From an uncultured Verrucomicrobiota bacterium (GTDB lineage: Bacteria; Verrucomicrobiota; Kiritimatiellia; JAAZAB01), in the NCBI GenBank assembly GCA_964475405.1, contig CAYYWX010000009.1:2407-66406 (forward strand): a stretch of 64,000 bases of DNA. Direction: 5' to 3'. The notes below the pieces were generated by a model. It ran no database searches and was not told the origin of the DNA. It saw nothing but the letters and a program-made list of their open reading frames with translations. Below, one piece after another: positions 46,117-55,503 of the stretch. Position numbers and translations under genes: made by a program. Position 1 is the first letter of the stretch, and each line of letters opens with the position of its first letter.

Positions 46117-47382
46117 CTATATTTTTACAATCGCCGCGCAATAGCCGCCGTCAGTTCGCGCAGAAGGCGGAAAATATTTTTTTTCGGCCGCAAGCTGAAA
46201 CGAAGGATTTTTTTTAAGCCACGACTTCACGAGCGCCTCGTTCTCTTCCGGTTCCAGGCTGCAGGTGCTGTAGACCAATGTGCCGCCGCTTTTGAGAAGC
46301 GGCGCGAGCCGGTCGAGCATTTTCCTCTGGGTCCCGGCAATCAGGCGCAACCCCTCCGAGTTGAAACGCCAGCGGATATCCGGTTTGCGGCGAATGACGC
46401 CCGTATTGGAACAGGGCACGTCGGCCAGGATGCGGTCATATAGCCCGTCCGCCGCGGTCATTTTCCCGAGGATATTTTGTTTTTTTACTTCAACAAAATC
46501 CGCTATGCGCAGGCGCTGGAAATTGGCCGCCATGACCCGGATGCGGTCATCGCTGGAGTCAAAGGCGCGCAATTTGCCGAGACAGCGCATTTTCTCCGCG
46601 ATCAGGAAAGTCTTCCCGCCCGGCGCGGCGCAGGCATCGAGGATGTTTTCGCCCGGCCGGGGATTCAGGAGTTCAATCGGGTTGGCGGCGAAGGGATCTA
46701 TCACCAGGAACATGCCATCGGCGTATCCCAACAGATCTTCAACCCGCAGTCCGCGGGGCAGGGGATAATAATTGCCGTTTCCCGGCAACGGCCGAACGCC
46801 TTTCTGCTCCAGATGGGAAAGGAACGATTGCACCTCGCCGGCCGGTTTCAACTCGTTGACTTTGATGATGACCTCCGGCCGGGTATTGTTCCATTCGCAG
46901 AGGCGCAGCGCGGACGCCGCGCCGTAAAATTTCTTCCAGCGGTCCATCAGGAGGTCGGGGTGGGAATATTTTACGCCCGGGGGCTGTTGGTTTATTTCGG
47001 CCAGTATATTTTCACGCTCGCGGCCGGCGCGGCGCAGGACGGCATTCACAAAATCGGCCTGTTTTGAAGAGAATTTTATCTTGGCCGCCGCGACGGTTTC
47101 GCTGACCGCGGCGTAATCGGCGACTTTATCCATCATAAGGAGCTGATAAAGGCCGGTAAGGAGGAATGATTCCAGCAGGGGCGGGGGAAGATGGCGCGCG
47201 GATCGTTTAATGACCCACTCCAGCAGACGCTTCCAGCGGACGACCCCCTGGATGATCTCGGTCACAAAGGCCCGGTCTTTCAGGACGGCATCCAGCATCC
47301 GGTTGGGAAAATCGCCGGATACCAGCCAGCGGGTGATTATCTGCGCGGCCAGGTAACGGGGATTGGTGCTTGCTTCCGTCAT
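46117..47382 (-). CDS. rsmB: 16S rRNA (cytosine-C5) methyltransferase RsmB/Sun
   Basis: N-terminal NusB-like domain and a C-terminal NOL1/NOP2/Sun MTase (DACAAPGGKT ... PCSNTGV). Confidence 0.8.
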   Translation of the reverse strand: MTEASTNPRYLAAQIITRWLVSGDFPNRMLDAVLKDRAFVTEIIQGVVRWKRLLEWVIKRSARHLPPPLLESFLLTGLYQLLMMDKVADYAAVSETVAAAKIKFSSKQADFVNAVLRRAGRERENILAEINQQPPGVKYSHPDLLMDRWKKFYGAASALRLCEWNNTRPEVIIKVNELKPAGEVQSFLSHLEQKGVRPLPGNGNYYPLPRGLRVEDLLGYADGMFLVIDPFAANPIELLNPRPGENILDACAAPGGKTFLIAEKMRCLGKLRAFDSSDDRIRVMAANFQRLRIADFVEVKKQNILGKMTAADGLYDRILADVPCSNTGVIRRKPDIRWRFNSEGLRLIAGTQRKMLDRLAPLLKSGGTLVYSTCSLEPEENEALVKSWLKKNPSFQLAAEKKYFPPSARTDGGYCAAIVKI

Positions 47383-49124
47383 ATCCGTTCCGGGGTGTCA
47401 ATCCCCAGGAGATGAAGCCCCTCTTTCAAAACGCCGGCGATAATGCTTCCCAGGCGAACGCGGCTTTCGCGGACTCCCTCCGGCGCCTTGAGAAAAGGCA
47501 CGTTCTGGTAAAAAAGGTTGTAGACCGAAGCCAATTGGTAGAGATAGTCGGCAATGACGCTCGGCTTGTAAAGCTGGGCGGCGAGGGGAACAATTTCGGC
47601 AAACCTGGCAACGCTGAGCGCCAGCATGCGTTCCTGGGGTTCCTTGACGTTAAGCATCGCGGCGTGAAAATCTTTTCCAGGGAACATGGCAATATATTTC
47701 CTTTCCACGCTGCGGATACGGGCATAAGTGTATTGCAGGTAGGGGGCCGAATTGCCGTTCAAAGCCAGGGCCTTATCCCAGCTGAAAGTGACGACGCTTT
47801 GCGGATTCTGGCTGAGGTCGGCGTATTTGACCGCCCCGATTCCGATCGCCCGCGCGACCTCTTTTTGTTCCTCGGCCGGCATGGCGGGATTGATCTCGCG
47901 GACCACTGCCAGGGCGCGGGTTTCGGCTTCATCCAGCAGCTTGGTCAATTTGATGACGTTGCCTTCCCGGGTTGAGAATGTTCCCTGCGGCAGGCGCATA
48001 AGGCCGAACCAGACATGCTCCAGGAGGGCGTTTATCCCCAGGCGCCGGCAAACGGCGAAGAGCTGGTTGAAATGAAGTTGCTGCCTTTCGTCGGTGACAT
48101 AAATGATTTTTTCGGGTTTAAACTCCTCCATCCGGCTCATGACGGTCGCGATGTCCGTCGCGAGGTAATTGAAGGCCCCGTCGCTTTTCCGGACAATGGC
48201 CGGGGGAAGCTTGCTTGTCCCGGCCGTGTCCGGGTCCTCGTCAAAAAACGCGACCAGGGCGCCTTCGCTCTCGCGGATTATTTTTTTTGCCTGGAGCATT
48301 TCAACCAATTGCGGCAGGCGTTCGTGGTAGAAACTTTCGCCGCGGACGTGATCGAATTTCACGTCAAGGCGGCGGTATATGTTTTCAAATTCGCCGATGG
48401 AAAGCTTTACAAACTGCTGCCAAAGCCCGGTGTTTTCAGGATCGCCCGCCTGCAGCTTGACCAGCTCCTGGCGGCACTGGTCCATCCAGGCCGCGTCCTG
48501 GGAGGCCTTTTCATAGCTCTTGACGTAAACCCGCTCCAGCTCCTCGACCGGCGAGGATTGCAGGGCGTCCCGGTCAAGAAAATGACGATACCCCATGATT
48601 ATAATGCCGAATTGCGTGCCCCAGTCGCCGAGATGATTGTCGGCCATGACCTTGTAGCCCAAAAAGCGGTATATGCGGTCAAGGGCGTTGCCGATGACGG
48701 TTGAGCGGATATGCCCGATGTGCATGGGCTTGGCGACATTCGGGCTGGAGTAGTCAATGCACACGGAACGGCCCGCGCCGATTTTCGGCACCCCAAAAAG
48801 CGGGTCGCCGGCAATATCCTCAATCCGCCCGCCAAGCCATTCATCGGCCAGGAAGATGTTGATGAACCCGGGCCCGGCCGTTTCCATCCTGGCCACGGCG
48901 ATATTTTTCGAGGCCTGTTCGATGATTTTTGAGGCCACCGCGCGTGGCGGCAGTTTCAACTGCTTGGCCAAGGACATCGCGGCGTTGCACTGATAATCGC
49001 CGAATTCCGGCTGGGTGGCGGGGGCGACGCTTACGCGGAGCTTGGCCAAGTCAATTTCCGGGAAAGCCGCCTTAAAATTCAGGCGCATCCAGTCGGTCAG
49101 CAATATGTCGATCGGTTCTTTCAT
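47379..49124 (-). CDS. argS: arginine--tRNA ligase
   Basis: 581 aa class I. HIGH-like PNVAKPMHIGHIRS and KMSKS-like SKS region. ATGA overlap with rsmB. Confidence 0.9.
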   Translation of the reverse strand: MKEPIDILLTDWMRLNFKAAFPEIDLAKLRVSVAPATQPEFGDYQCNAAMSLAKQLKLPPRAVASKIIEQASKNIAVARMETAGPGFINIFLADEWLGGRIEDIAGDPLFGVPKIGAGRSVCIDYSSPNVAKPMHIGHIRSTVIGNALDRIYRFLGYKVMADNHLGDWGTQFGIIIMGYRHFLDRDALQSSPVEELERVYVKSYEKASQDAAWMDQCRQELVKLQAGDPENTGLWQQFVKLSIGEFENIYRRLDVKFDHVRGESFYHERLPQLVEMLQAKKIIRESEGALVAFFDEDPDTAGTSKLPPAIVRKSDGAFNYLATDIATVMSRMEEFKPEKIIYVTDERQQLHFNQLFAVCRRLGINALLEHVWFGLMRLPQGTFSTREGNVIKLTKLLDEAETRALAVVREINPAMPAEEQKEVARAIGIGAVKYADLSQNPQSVVTFSWDKALALNGNSAPYLQYTYARIRSVERKYIAMFPGKDFHAAMLNVKEPQERMLALSVARFAEIVPLAAQLYKPSVIADYLYQLASVYNLFYQNVPFLKAPEGVRESRVRLGSIIAGVLKEGLHLLGIDTPERI

Positions 49125-49161
49125 TGATCTTTCAACAAACGATTCGCATTTTATTCACAAT

Positions 49162-49617
49162 TCAGCCGAATCCCAGGGCAAGACGATAAGCCCAATTGGC
49201 CAGCAAAAGCAACAGCGAAAAGATGGCCATCAATTTCCATTTCGCGGGGGAAAGAGACAGGATTGACCCGCGCCGGATTTGAAAGCCGAAAATTCCGGCA
49301 ATGAGGACGGCGGCATTATAAATAAAAGCCAGGGCAGTTAAAACAAAAAGAAGCAACGCGAAAGGACAATTGATCACGCCCTGTTCCCAGTTTCCGTTGG
49401 CAAACGCGCAAAAAGCCCGTGTAAATCCGCACGTGGGGCAGGGGAACCCGGTCAATTTCCGGAAAACGCAAAATCCGGGCGCGAACCGGTCCAGGGGTAT
49501 GATCCGGGCGGCCAACAGGACCGCTCCCGTGAATAAAGCCAGGAAAATATTGCCGGCAAATGTGTTCAGGAAATTGACGCGTTCAGCCGGGCGGTCGATA
49601 TTAAAAAACAAAGACAT
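49162..49617 (-). CDS. DUF2752-family membrane protein
   Basis: CPTCGFTRAF motif and several TM helices. Confidence 0.65.
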   Translation of the reverse strand: MSLFFNIDRPAERVNFLNTFAGNIFLALFTGAVLLAARIIPLDRFAPGFCVFRKLTGFPCPTCGFTRAFCAFANGNWEQGVINCPFALLLFVLTALAFIYNAAVLIAGIFGFQIRRGSILSLSPAKWKLMAIFSLLLLLANWAYRLALGFG

Positions 49618-49668
49618 CCGTGGGTAAATACGGCATATGCCGCGTTAGGTTTTAGGTCACCGTTTTAA

Positions 49669-50274
49669 TTAAGCGGCTTTGCCGAACAAATCACGGTAGG
49701 CAACCGCGATAATGCAGGCGCCGATCGGCATGGTGATAATGGCGCCGACGCCACAGGCCAACACGCCGATATAACCCAAAACCCCGGCAACGATCACCAA
49801 ACCGGCAAACGGGAAGAAATTGGTTTTAACCAGGTTGATGCTTGCCATTGAGGCGGGCCAGAAATGCATTTTGCGGTCAACAATCAGGTAAATTCCGAAC
49901 ATTACCAGGGTGCTGATAACGATTGAGACGAACATGGACAATATCTGTCCCGCGCACGGAATCAGGTTAAGCAGCAAGGTGATGGCGATCGAAATGGCCC
50001 CCCATATGATGACAAAAAGGAAAGAATCAAGGAAATATTCAAACCCCTTGAAAATATCCCCGATTTCAGCCTTTGGCTCCTTTTTGTCCAAACAGGACAA
50101 AATAATCAAAACAAGCCCGGCAAACATGGGGCCAGAAAGAATACCCATGGTAACGGCGCTCAAGATTATGGCAATAAGGCTTGCCAGGACCAAAACCACG
50201 AAGTTGTCACGATAAAGCGAAAAACCGGCTTCAATCCATTCTCCAAACTTCACGATCGGCTTTGAATTTTCCAT
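49669..50274 (-). CDS. hypothetical polytopic membrane protein
   Basis: 201 aa with 4-5 hydrophobic helices. No family recognised. Confidence 0.5.
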   Translation of the reverse strand: MENSKPIVKFGEWIEAGFSLYRDNFVVLVLASLIAIILSAVTMGILSGPMFAGLVLIILSCLDKKEPKAEIGDIFKGFEYFLDSFLFVIIWGAISIAITLLLNLIPCAGQILSMFVSIVISTLVMFGIYLIVDRKMHFWPASMASINLVKTNFFPFAGLVIVAGVLGYIGVLACGVGAIITMPIGACIIAVAYRDLFGKAA

Positions 50275-50317
50275 TTTGACCTCCAGTTAAGTATGACGAC
50301 AAGGAATATCGAATAAT

Positions 50318-50659
50318 CTATGCCACTGATACTAGGGCGCTGATGATAAAATTGCAAGCCGTTTGAGCTGCCTCGTTTTGCAGGTTCTGGAACATTTTGA
50401 TCATTGCCGGGGCCATTAACAAGACAAGGAGGATTCCGATGACAACCAGCAGGAAGAACAAGATAACGCTGAAATAGCCCATGATCAATCCGGCCAGGGC
50501 CATTCCGTCGCCGGTCCACGCGTCAGGTTCCATTTTAATCTTAGACCTGGCCATATGGCCGCAGATAATGGCCGGTATGCCGGAAATGGGCCCGCATGAA
50601 ATAATTGCCAGGATACCCAACACAAGCGACCAAACCGCCAGGGGGGAATTCGGTTTCAT
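50318..50659 (-). CDS. DUF4190-like small membrane protein
   Basis: LVLGILAIISCGPISGIPAIICGHMA pattern. Start chosen at MKPNSPL. Confidence 0.55.
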   Translation of the reverse strand: MKPNSPLAVWSLVLGILAIISCGPISGIPAIICGHMARSKIKMEPDAWTGDGMALAGLIMGYFSVILFFLLVVIGILLVLLMAPAMIKMFQNLQNEAAQTACNFIISALVSVA

Positions 50660-50830
50660 AGCGCAGTTCCTTTCATTTCGTTGCATTTCAGGGTTATTCA
50701 TTAATAAACGATAATGATAGTCACGTCGCATAATATATCTTATGTCTACTAAGATATACTCCCGTATACTATTGCTTGGTTAGAATCTGGATTTCGTCCG
50801 GCGGATTACACAACGCCTTATTCCCTTTCC

Positions 50831-51745
50831 CTATCTGATCATGTAAATAAACTTTTCCTTGCGCCCGGAACGCTCGATCTCCATTACAAAGCCATTTACG
50901 CGATTCTTTACAAATTCACCGATAAAATACTCGGCCCTCGTCTGGCTGGTCATCGGCATGGAATTGACCTGCCGGATGACATCGCCCTGTTGAAGGCCCA
51001 TCGCGGCGAACATTTCGCCTTCGCCTTCAACCACGAGGGTGTAGCCGGCGATTTTATTGTCCTGGTAAACCGGCTTGAGCGAGTCGTAGACCTTGGCCAG
51101 GCGGTCGGTATTGTTCAATACTTCGTTATAATAATCCATGAGCGCCGACCTTGTCAGCACCCAGCGTTTGTCACCCACCCTTTTACCGAACCGGTTTTGG
51201 GCCTCAGCCCCGGAATTTCCCCCCGTACCGGCAGAGTAGGCCGTCGATTGGGTGTTTGACCGTGAATTGCCCGAAAAGCAGAGCATGATTTGTTCATCCA
51301 CGGAACCGCGCCGCACTATGATCCGGTCGGCCATGATGGAAATGACCCGCATCTCATTGCCGGTCACGCCCTGGACCTGGTCGATCAAATCCCCCTCGGT
51401 AACCAGCAATTGCTGTTTTTTCTGCAGGTCATCAAGGATTGCCTTGCGCGCCTGCTGGTTCAAGCCGACCGCGAAAAACGTGCCGGCCAGTCGGAACCGC
51501 TTTGCCGCGCTTCCCTGGGAAACCACGCCCGGATCGGAACTTATTTTTTTAAACACCGCCGCGTCGAAGGCGAACTTGTCCGGGTCAACCGCCGGCCAGG
51601 TCAGATTCAGGGAAGCCGGCGAATAAGGGGGAATTTTGCCGGACCGGGACAAATGGACAAGGGCCCCGGTCCCGACAAGGACAGTTGCCGCGATGGACGC
51701 CAGGCTAAGCCGATAAACCCATTGATATGATTGCATATCAATCAT
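50831..51745 (-). CDS. PDZ-domain membrane protein, type II secretion GspC-like
   Basis: N-terminal TM helix and a C-terminal PDZ-like segment (GLQQGDVIRQVNSMPMTS). Confidence 0.4.
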   Translation of the reverse strand: MIDMQSYQWVYRLSLASIAATVLVGTGALVHLSRSGKIPPYSPASLNLTWPAVDPDKFAFDAAVFKKISSDPGVVSQGSAAKRFRLAGTFFAVGLNQQARKAILDDLQKKQQLLVTEGDLIDQVQGVTGNEMRVISIMADRIIVRRGSVDEQIMLCFSGNSRSNTQSTAYSAGTGGNSGAEAQNRFGKRVGDKRWVLTRSALMDYYNEVLNNTDRLAKVYDSLKPVYQDNKIAGYTLVVEGEGEMFAAMGLQQGDVIRQVNSMPMTSQTRAEYFIGEFVKNRVNGFVMEIERSGRKEKFIYMIR

Positions 51746-51782
51746 ATTTTCTCCAGCTGCGATATATTCACGACCGGCAATT

Positions 51783-52210
51783 GCGGTTGGTATGGCTGTA
51801 AGCCGGATTCTGTATTCAATGCCCGTCCATACGGGCCTGGATGATGATCATTTATCTTATACCGGAACAGAGTCCCGGTAGTTTTAGCGATCAACCCGAA
51901 ACTGCTTTGCCAGGGGCAAACAAGACGGGCCGCCTTATTCAGTTTCCTATTTGATCTTGCTCCGGATGGGGTTTGCCTTGCGACCGGGCATCTCGGCCAC
52001 GGCCCGGTGGTCTCTTGCACCGCCTTTTCACCCTTACCGCCCGCGCCTTGAGGGCGCAAGCGGCGGTTTGTTTCTGTGGCACTTTCCGTCTCTTCCGTTT
52101 AATCGGAAGCCCTCCCGACATTACATCAGGACATCCCGCCCTATGGAGTCCGGACTTTCCTCTTCGGAACAAAAATCATCCCGAAGCGATCATCCGCCAA
52201 TACCTTCCGC
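51783..52210 (-). ncRNA. rnpB: RNase P RNA (bacterial type A)
   Basis: The minus strand reads GAGGAAAGUCCGGACUCCAUAGGGC (P4), CACAGAAACAAACCGCC, GGUAAGGGUGAAAAGGCGGUGCAAGAGACCACC, GGCAAACCCCAUCCGGAGCAAGAUCAAAUAGG and ACAGAAUCCGGCUUACAG. The ends pair as P1. The ORFs called in this region are spurious. Confidence 0.8.
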
Positions 52211-52229
52211 AAATTGAGACAGGTTCTTG

Positions 52230-52949
52230 TCAACGAACCAGATAAATTATTCGTCCGCAGAACGAACAGGTTACCAGGCCGGTTTTTTTCTTGATCTCGC
52301 AGATAATATGGGCGGGCAAATGCATGTGGCAGCCGGAACAGGCGCTGTTTTCGACCGCGACCACGGCCTGGTCGCCCTTGTTCTCCAATATCCGGTTATA
52401 GACTGCGAGCATATCCCTGCCGATATCCTTTGCGATGTCATCCCGGTCGGTTTTAACCTTCAATACTTCCGCTTCCAAGGTTGTTTTGCGCTCATTCAGG
52501 ACAGTTAAACGGCCCTGGATGGTGCCTTGCATCGCCGCGAGGTCCTTCTGCGCCGCGACCTCGCGCCGCTGCGCTTCCTCAACCTGCTCCATGAAGCCCA
52601 TTTCCGTGTCTTCCAGCTTCTTTATCTCGTCGTTCAAGAGCGATATTTCACGATTCAAAACCTTGAATTCTTCATTTGACTTGATTTGAAACTGCTGCTC
52701 CCTGAATTTGGCGATTTTCTGGCGAAGCGAATCAATTTCAAGCTCAACCTTTTTCACCTCGGACTGGCGAGCCTTGGTGTCGTTTTTCGCGTTTTGCGCC
52801 GCTTCCTGGAGCTGGCTTGCCTCGCCCTCGATTTTTTTGCTCTGAAGCGGAATCTGTCCGATTTCCCGCTGGCAGCGCATGATCCGCATGTCGCGTTCCT
52901 GGACAATGAGCAGTTTCGCGATAATTTCGGCAATATTATTTTCACCCAT
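52230..52949 (-). CDS. coiled-coil protein with a C-terminal C4 zinc ribbon (COG1579-like)
   Basis: Long heptad-rich region followed by CSGCHMHLP...CSFCGRI. Confidence 0.6.
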   Translation of the reverse strand: MGENNIAEIIAKLLIVQERDMRIMRCQREIGQIPLQSKKIEGEASQLQEAAQNAKNDTKARQSEVKKVELEIDSLRQKIAKFREQQFQIKSNEEFKVLNREISLLNDEIKKLEDTEMGFMEQVEEAQRREVAAQKDLAAMQGTIQGRLTVLNERKTTLEAEVLKVKTDRDDIAKDIGRDMLAVYNRILENKGDQAVVAVENSACSGCHMHLPAHIICEIKKKTGLVTCSFCGRIIYLVR

Positions 52950-53043
52950 CCCGAAAATATATATTTATTTTTTCCCAGCGACAAGCTAAATTATAGGCAG
53001 TTTTACCAGGGGCGAAATCAAACAACGACATGGAGCGATTATC

Positions 53044-53487
53044 ATGAAGAATAAAAAGAATAAAAAAACATCATCAAGCCTGGAAAAGAACGCCGGGGCG
53101 GGGTTGACAATCCTGCGCAAGAGCATCCATCGCTATCCCGACAATCCGCGCGCCGCGCGTTTGGAATCCTTTCCCAATCCTTATCCCGGACGGGATTACT
53201 GGATTCATTTTGATTGCCCGGAATTCACGTCCCTCTGCCCGGTCACGGGCCAGCCGGATTTCGCGCTGATCACGATTGACTATGTCCCCGGGAAACTCTG
53301 CCTGGAAAGCAAGGCTTTGAAGTTTTATCTTTATTCCTACCGGAACACGGGCGCCTTCCATGAAGACGCGGTCAACCGGATCATGGATGACATTGTCAAG
53401 GCCTGCCGTCCGCGCCGCCTGAAAATCAACGGCAAATTCAATCCGCGCGGAGGCCTTGCCATCACGGTCAGCGCCGAATATCCGTGA
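53044..53487 (+). CDS. queF: NADPH-dependent 7-cyano-7-deazaguanine reductase (preQ1 synthase)
   Basis: 147 aa. Catalytic Cys motif EFTSLCPVTGQPDF and the QueF motif (E...FHE). Confidence 0.85.
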   Translation: MKNKKNKKTSSSLEKNAGAGLTILRKSIHRYPDNPRAARLESFPNPYPGRDYWIHFDCPEFTSLCPVTGQPDFALITIDYVPGKLCLESKALKFYLYSYRNTGAFHEDAVNRIMDDIVKACRPRRLKINGKFNPRGGLAITVSAEYP

Positions 53488-55501
53488 TTTCGCGGTCGGG
53501 CTTATCCAGTTCCGTCCGGACGGCATTGGCGATATCCTCGGAATCGTAAGGCTTGAGAAGGCATTGCCCCACCCCGATCCGCATGGCGGTCTTGATCCGC
53601 TCGGTTATGGTGAAGCCGCTGACCATGATCGCTTTTTGGCGCGGATTGATCTGCAAAATGGCCTTGTAGGTCTCCAGTCCGTCAAAATCATCCGCCATGA
53701 TCATGTCGAGGACGATCAGGTCTATGGGCTGGCCCTGGCCTTGCGCGACTTTCTGGATTATCTCAACGGCTTCGTTGCCGTTACGGGCGCCGGCAACCTT
53801 GTAACCGATCGAGCGCAAATAGGCCATGGTCGCCTTGCGGAGCTCGGCATCGTCATCAACGACCAGGATGGTTTCGACCCCCTGGACGTCAACGCGTTCA
53901 ATTCTTTGCTTCGGCTTTTCCGTTCCGGTGTAAACCGGGAAATAAATCACGATTTCCGTCCCCTTCTCGCCGGACGACTTGATGTCAATCATGCCCTTGT
54001 GGCCCTTGATAATCGCGTAAGCGACCGCCGTGCCGAGCCCCCCACCCCGCGATTGCTGCCCGGAATTGCCCTTGCCGGCAAACGGCTCGAAAAACCGGTT
54101 GATTTCCTCCTCGTCCATGACCGGGCCGCTGTCGTTGATTTTCAGGACAACGTATTCGCCGGCCTCAATGACTTCGAATCCCATTATCGTTTCGTTGATC
54201 TTGATGTTTTCCGTGGAAACCCTGACTTGTCCCGTGTCGGCCATGCTTGAAGAAGCGCTGGCGACAAGGTTGCCGACAAGCTCCATCATGTATTGCTTGT
54301 TGCCGATAACGGGAGAAGTGTGATGCGCGAGATCGGTCTGATATCTGACCAGGGGCGCCTTCTGCCTGATGACCTGGAAACGCGGATCGTTGGCAAGCTC
54401 CTCGATGAGCGCGTTTAGATTCAGGGGCTCGGTCGGGAAATCCTTCATCTGGCCGAGGGTGATGAGGTTGCTGAGGATTTCAATCGCCTTCTGGGCCGAA
54501 TGCTGGATCATCGCCAGGTCCTCTTTGATGTCGTTGTCGGTCAGCATCTTGTTCAAAATCATATTGGGATATTCAACAATCGGCCCGACGATTCGGCGCA
54601 ACTGCTCGGCGACGCCGTTCGCCAGCATGCCGACCGATTCCATCCTTTGCGCCCGCGACAACCGCCGCTGCAAGGCCTGTTCCCTTGCCAGCGCTTTCTG
54701 GCGGGCGGTGACGTCCCTGATCACCAAGATAATCCCGACCACGTTTCCATCGGCATGTTTCAGGGGCGTCGTGCTGTATTCGACTTCAACCTGTGACCCG
54801 TCCTTGGCGACCAGGACAACGTCGTTTTCCGCGGCCGATGAAGTTTGGCTCTGGATAATCGCCGCCGGGTTAATTTCAACCGGGGTCATTTCCCGGCCTT
54901 TTCTCAGGGCAACCACATCGGAAATGCGGCTCAAGATCATCTCTTCCGCCGTCCAGCCCGTGAGGCATTCCGCCACCGGGTTGCAGAATTCAATTACCCC
55001 CTCCAGGTTCGTCGTCAGCACGCCGTCGGATATGCTGCGCAAGATCGACGCCAGCCATTCCCGGTTCTGCTTCAACTGGCGCTCCATCGCGCTCTTGTAT
55101 ATCGCCATTTCGATCGTCGTGCGCAGTTCCCGCTCCTCGAACGGCTTCAGCAGGTAGCCGTAGGCATTGGTTTCCTTGGCGCGGCTGATGGTGCGCTCGT
55201 CGGAATAAGCCGTGAGGAAAACAACCGGTATGCCGTAATTCGCCGTGATTTGCCGGGCGGTCTCAACCCCGTCCATTTTTCCCTGCAACATGATGTCCAT
55301 CAGGATGAGGTCCGGGCGCAATTTCTGTGCGGCGACCAGCGCCTCCTCGCCCGATGAGAGCACGCCGCAGATTGAGTAGCCCAGCCCGGCCAGGCTGGTG
55401 GCGATGTCCTTGGCGACGATCGCCTCGTCCTCGACAATCATGATCGTTGAGACGAGGTTGGCCGCGCTGTTGCCGTCACGTTTTTGTGTTTCGCTCATCA
55501 T
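53468..55501 (-). CDS. hybrid sensor histidine kinase / response regulator (REC-PAS-HisKA-HATPase-REC)
   Basis: N-terminal REC (IMIVEDE...D), PAS, an H-box (RLSRAQRMESVGMLANGVAEQL), ATPase G-boxes, and a C-terminal REC (LVVDDD...LDMIMADDFDGLET). The 3' end overlaps queF by 20 nt (convergent). Confidence 0.8.
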   Translation of the reverse strand: MMSETQKRDGNSAANLVSTIMIVEDEAIVAKDIATSLAGLGYSICGVLSSGEEALVAAQKLRPDLILMDIMLQGKMDGVETARQITANYGIPVVFLTAYSDERTISRAKETNAYGYLLKPFEERELRTTIEMAIYKSAMERQLKQNREWLASILRSISDGVLTTNLEGVIEFCNPVAECLTGWTAEEMILSRISDVVALRKGREMTPVEINPAAIIQSQTSSAAENDVVLVAKDGSQVEVEYSTTPLKHADGNVVGIILVIRDVTARQKALAREQALQRRLSRAQRMESVGMLANGVAEQLRRIVGPIVEYPNMILNKMLTDNDIKEDLAMIQHSAQKAIEILSNLITLGQMKDFPTEPLNLNALIEELANDPRFQVIRQKAPLVRYQTDLAHHTSPVIGNKQYMMELVGNLVASASSSMADTGQVRVSTENIKINETIMGFEVIEAGEYVVLKINDSGPVMDEEEINRFFEPFAGKGNSGQQSRGGGLGTAVAYAIIKGHKGMIDIKSSGEKGTEIVIYFPVYTGTEKPKQRIERVDVQGVETILVVDDDAELRKATMAYLRSIGYKVAGARNGNEAVEIIQKVAQGQGQPIDLIVLDMIMADDFDGLETYKAILQINPRQKAIMVSGFTITERIKTAMRIGVGQCLLKPYDSEDIANAVRTELDKPDREITDIRR

Positions 55502-55503
55502 TC

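Noticed and set aside
51742-52245. Four ORFs of 77-105 aa called across this stretch.
   Set aside because: The region is the RNase P RNA gene. The ORFs are artefacts of GC-rich structured RNA.
52950-53043. Possible preQ1 riboswitch upstream of queF, and similarly upstream of queD at 43221-43320.
   Set aside because: By eye I could not find the preQ1-I hallmark (P1 stem, CCC, then an A-rich UAAAAAACUA tail), nor a convincing preQ1-II pseudoknot. A covariance-model scan is needed to exclude it.
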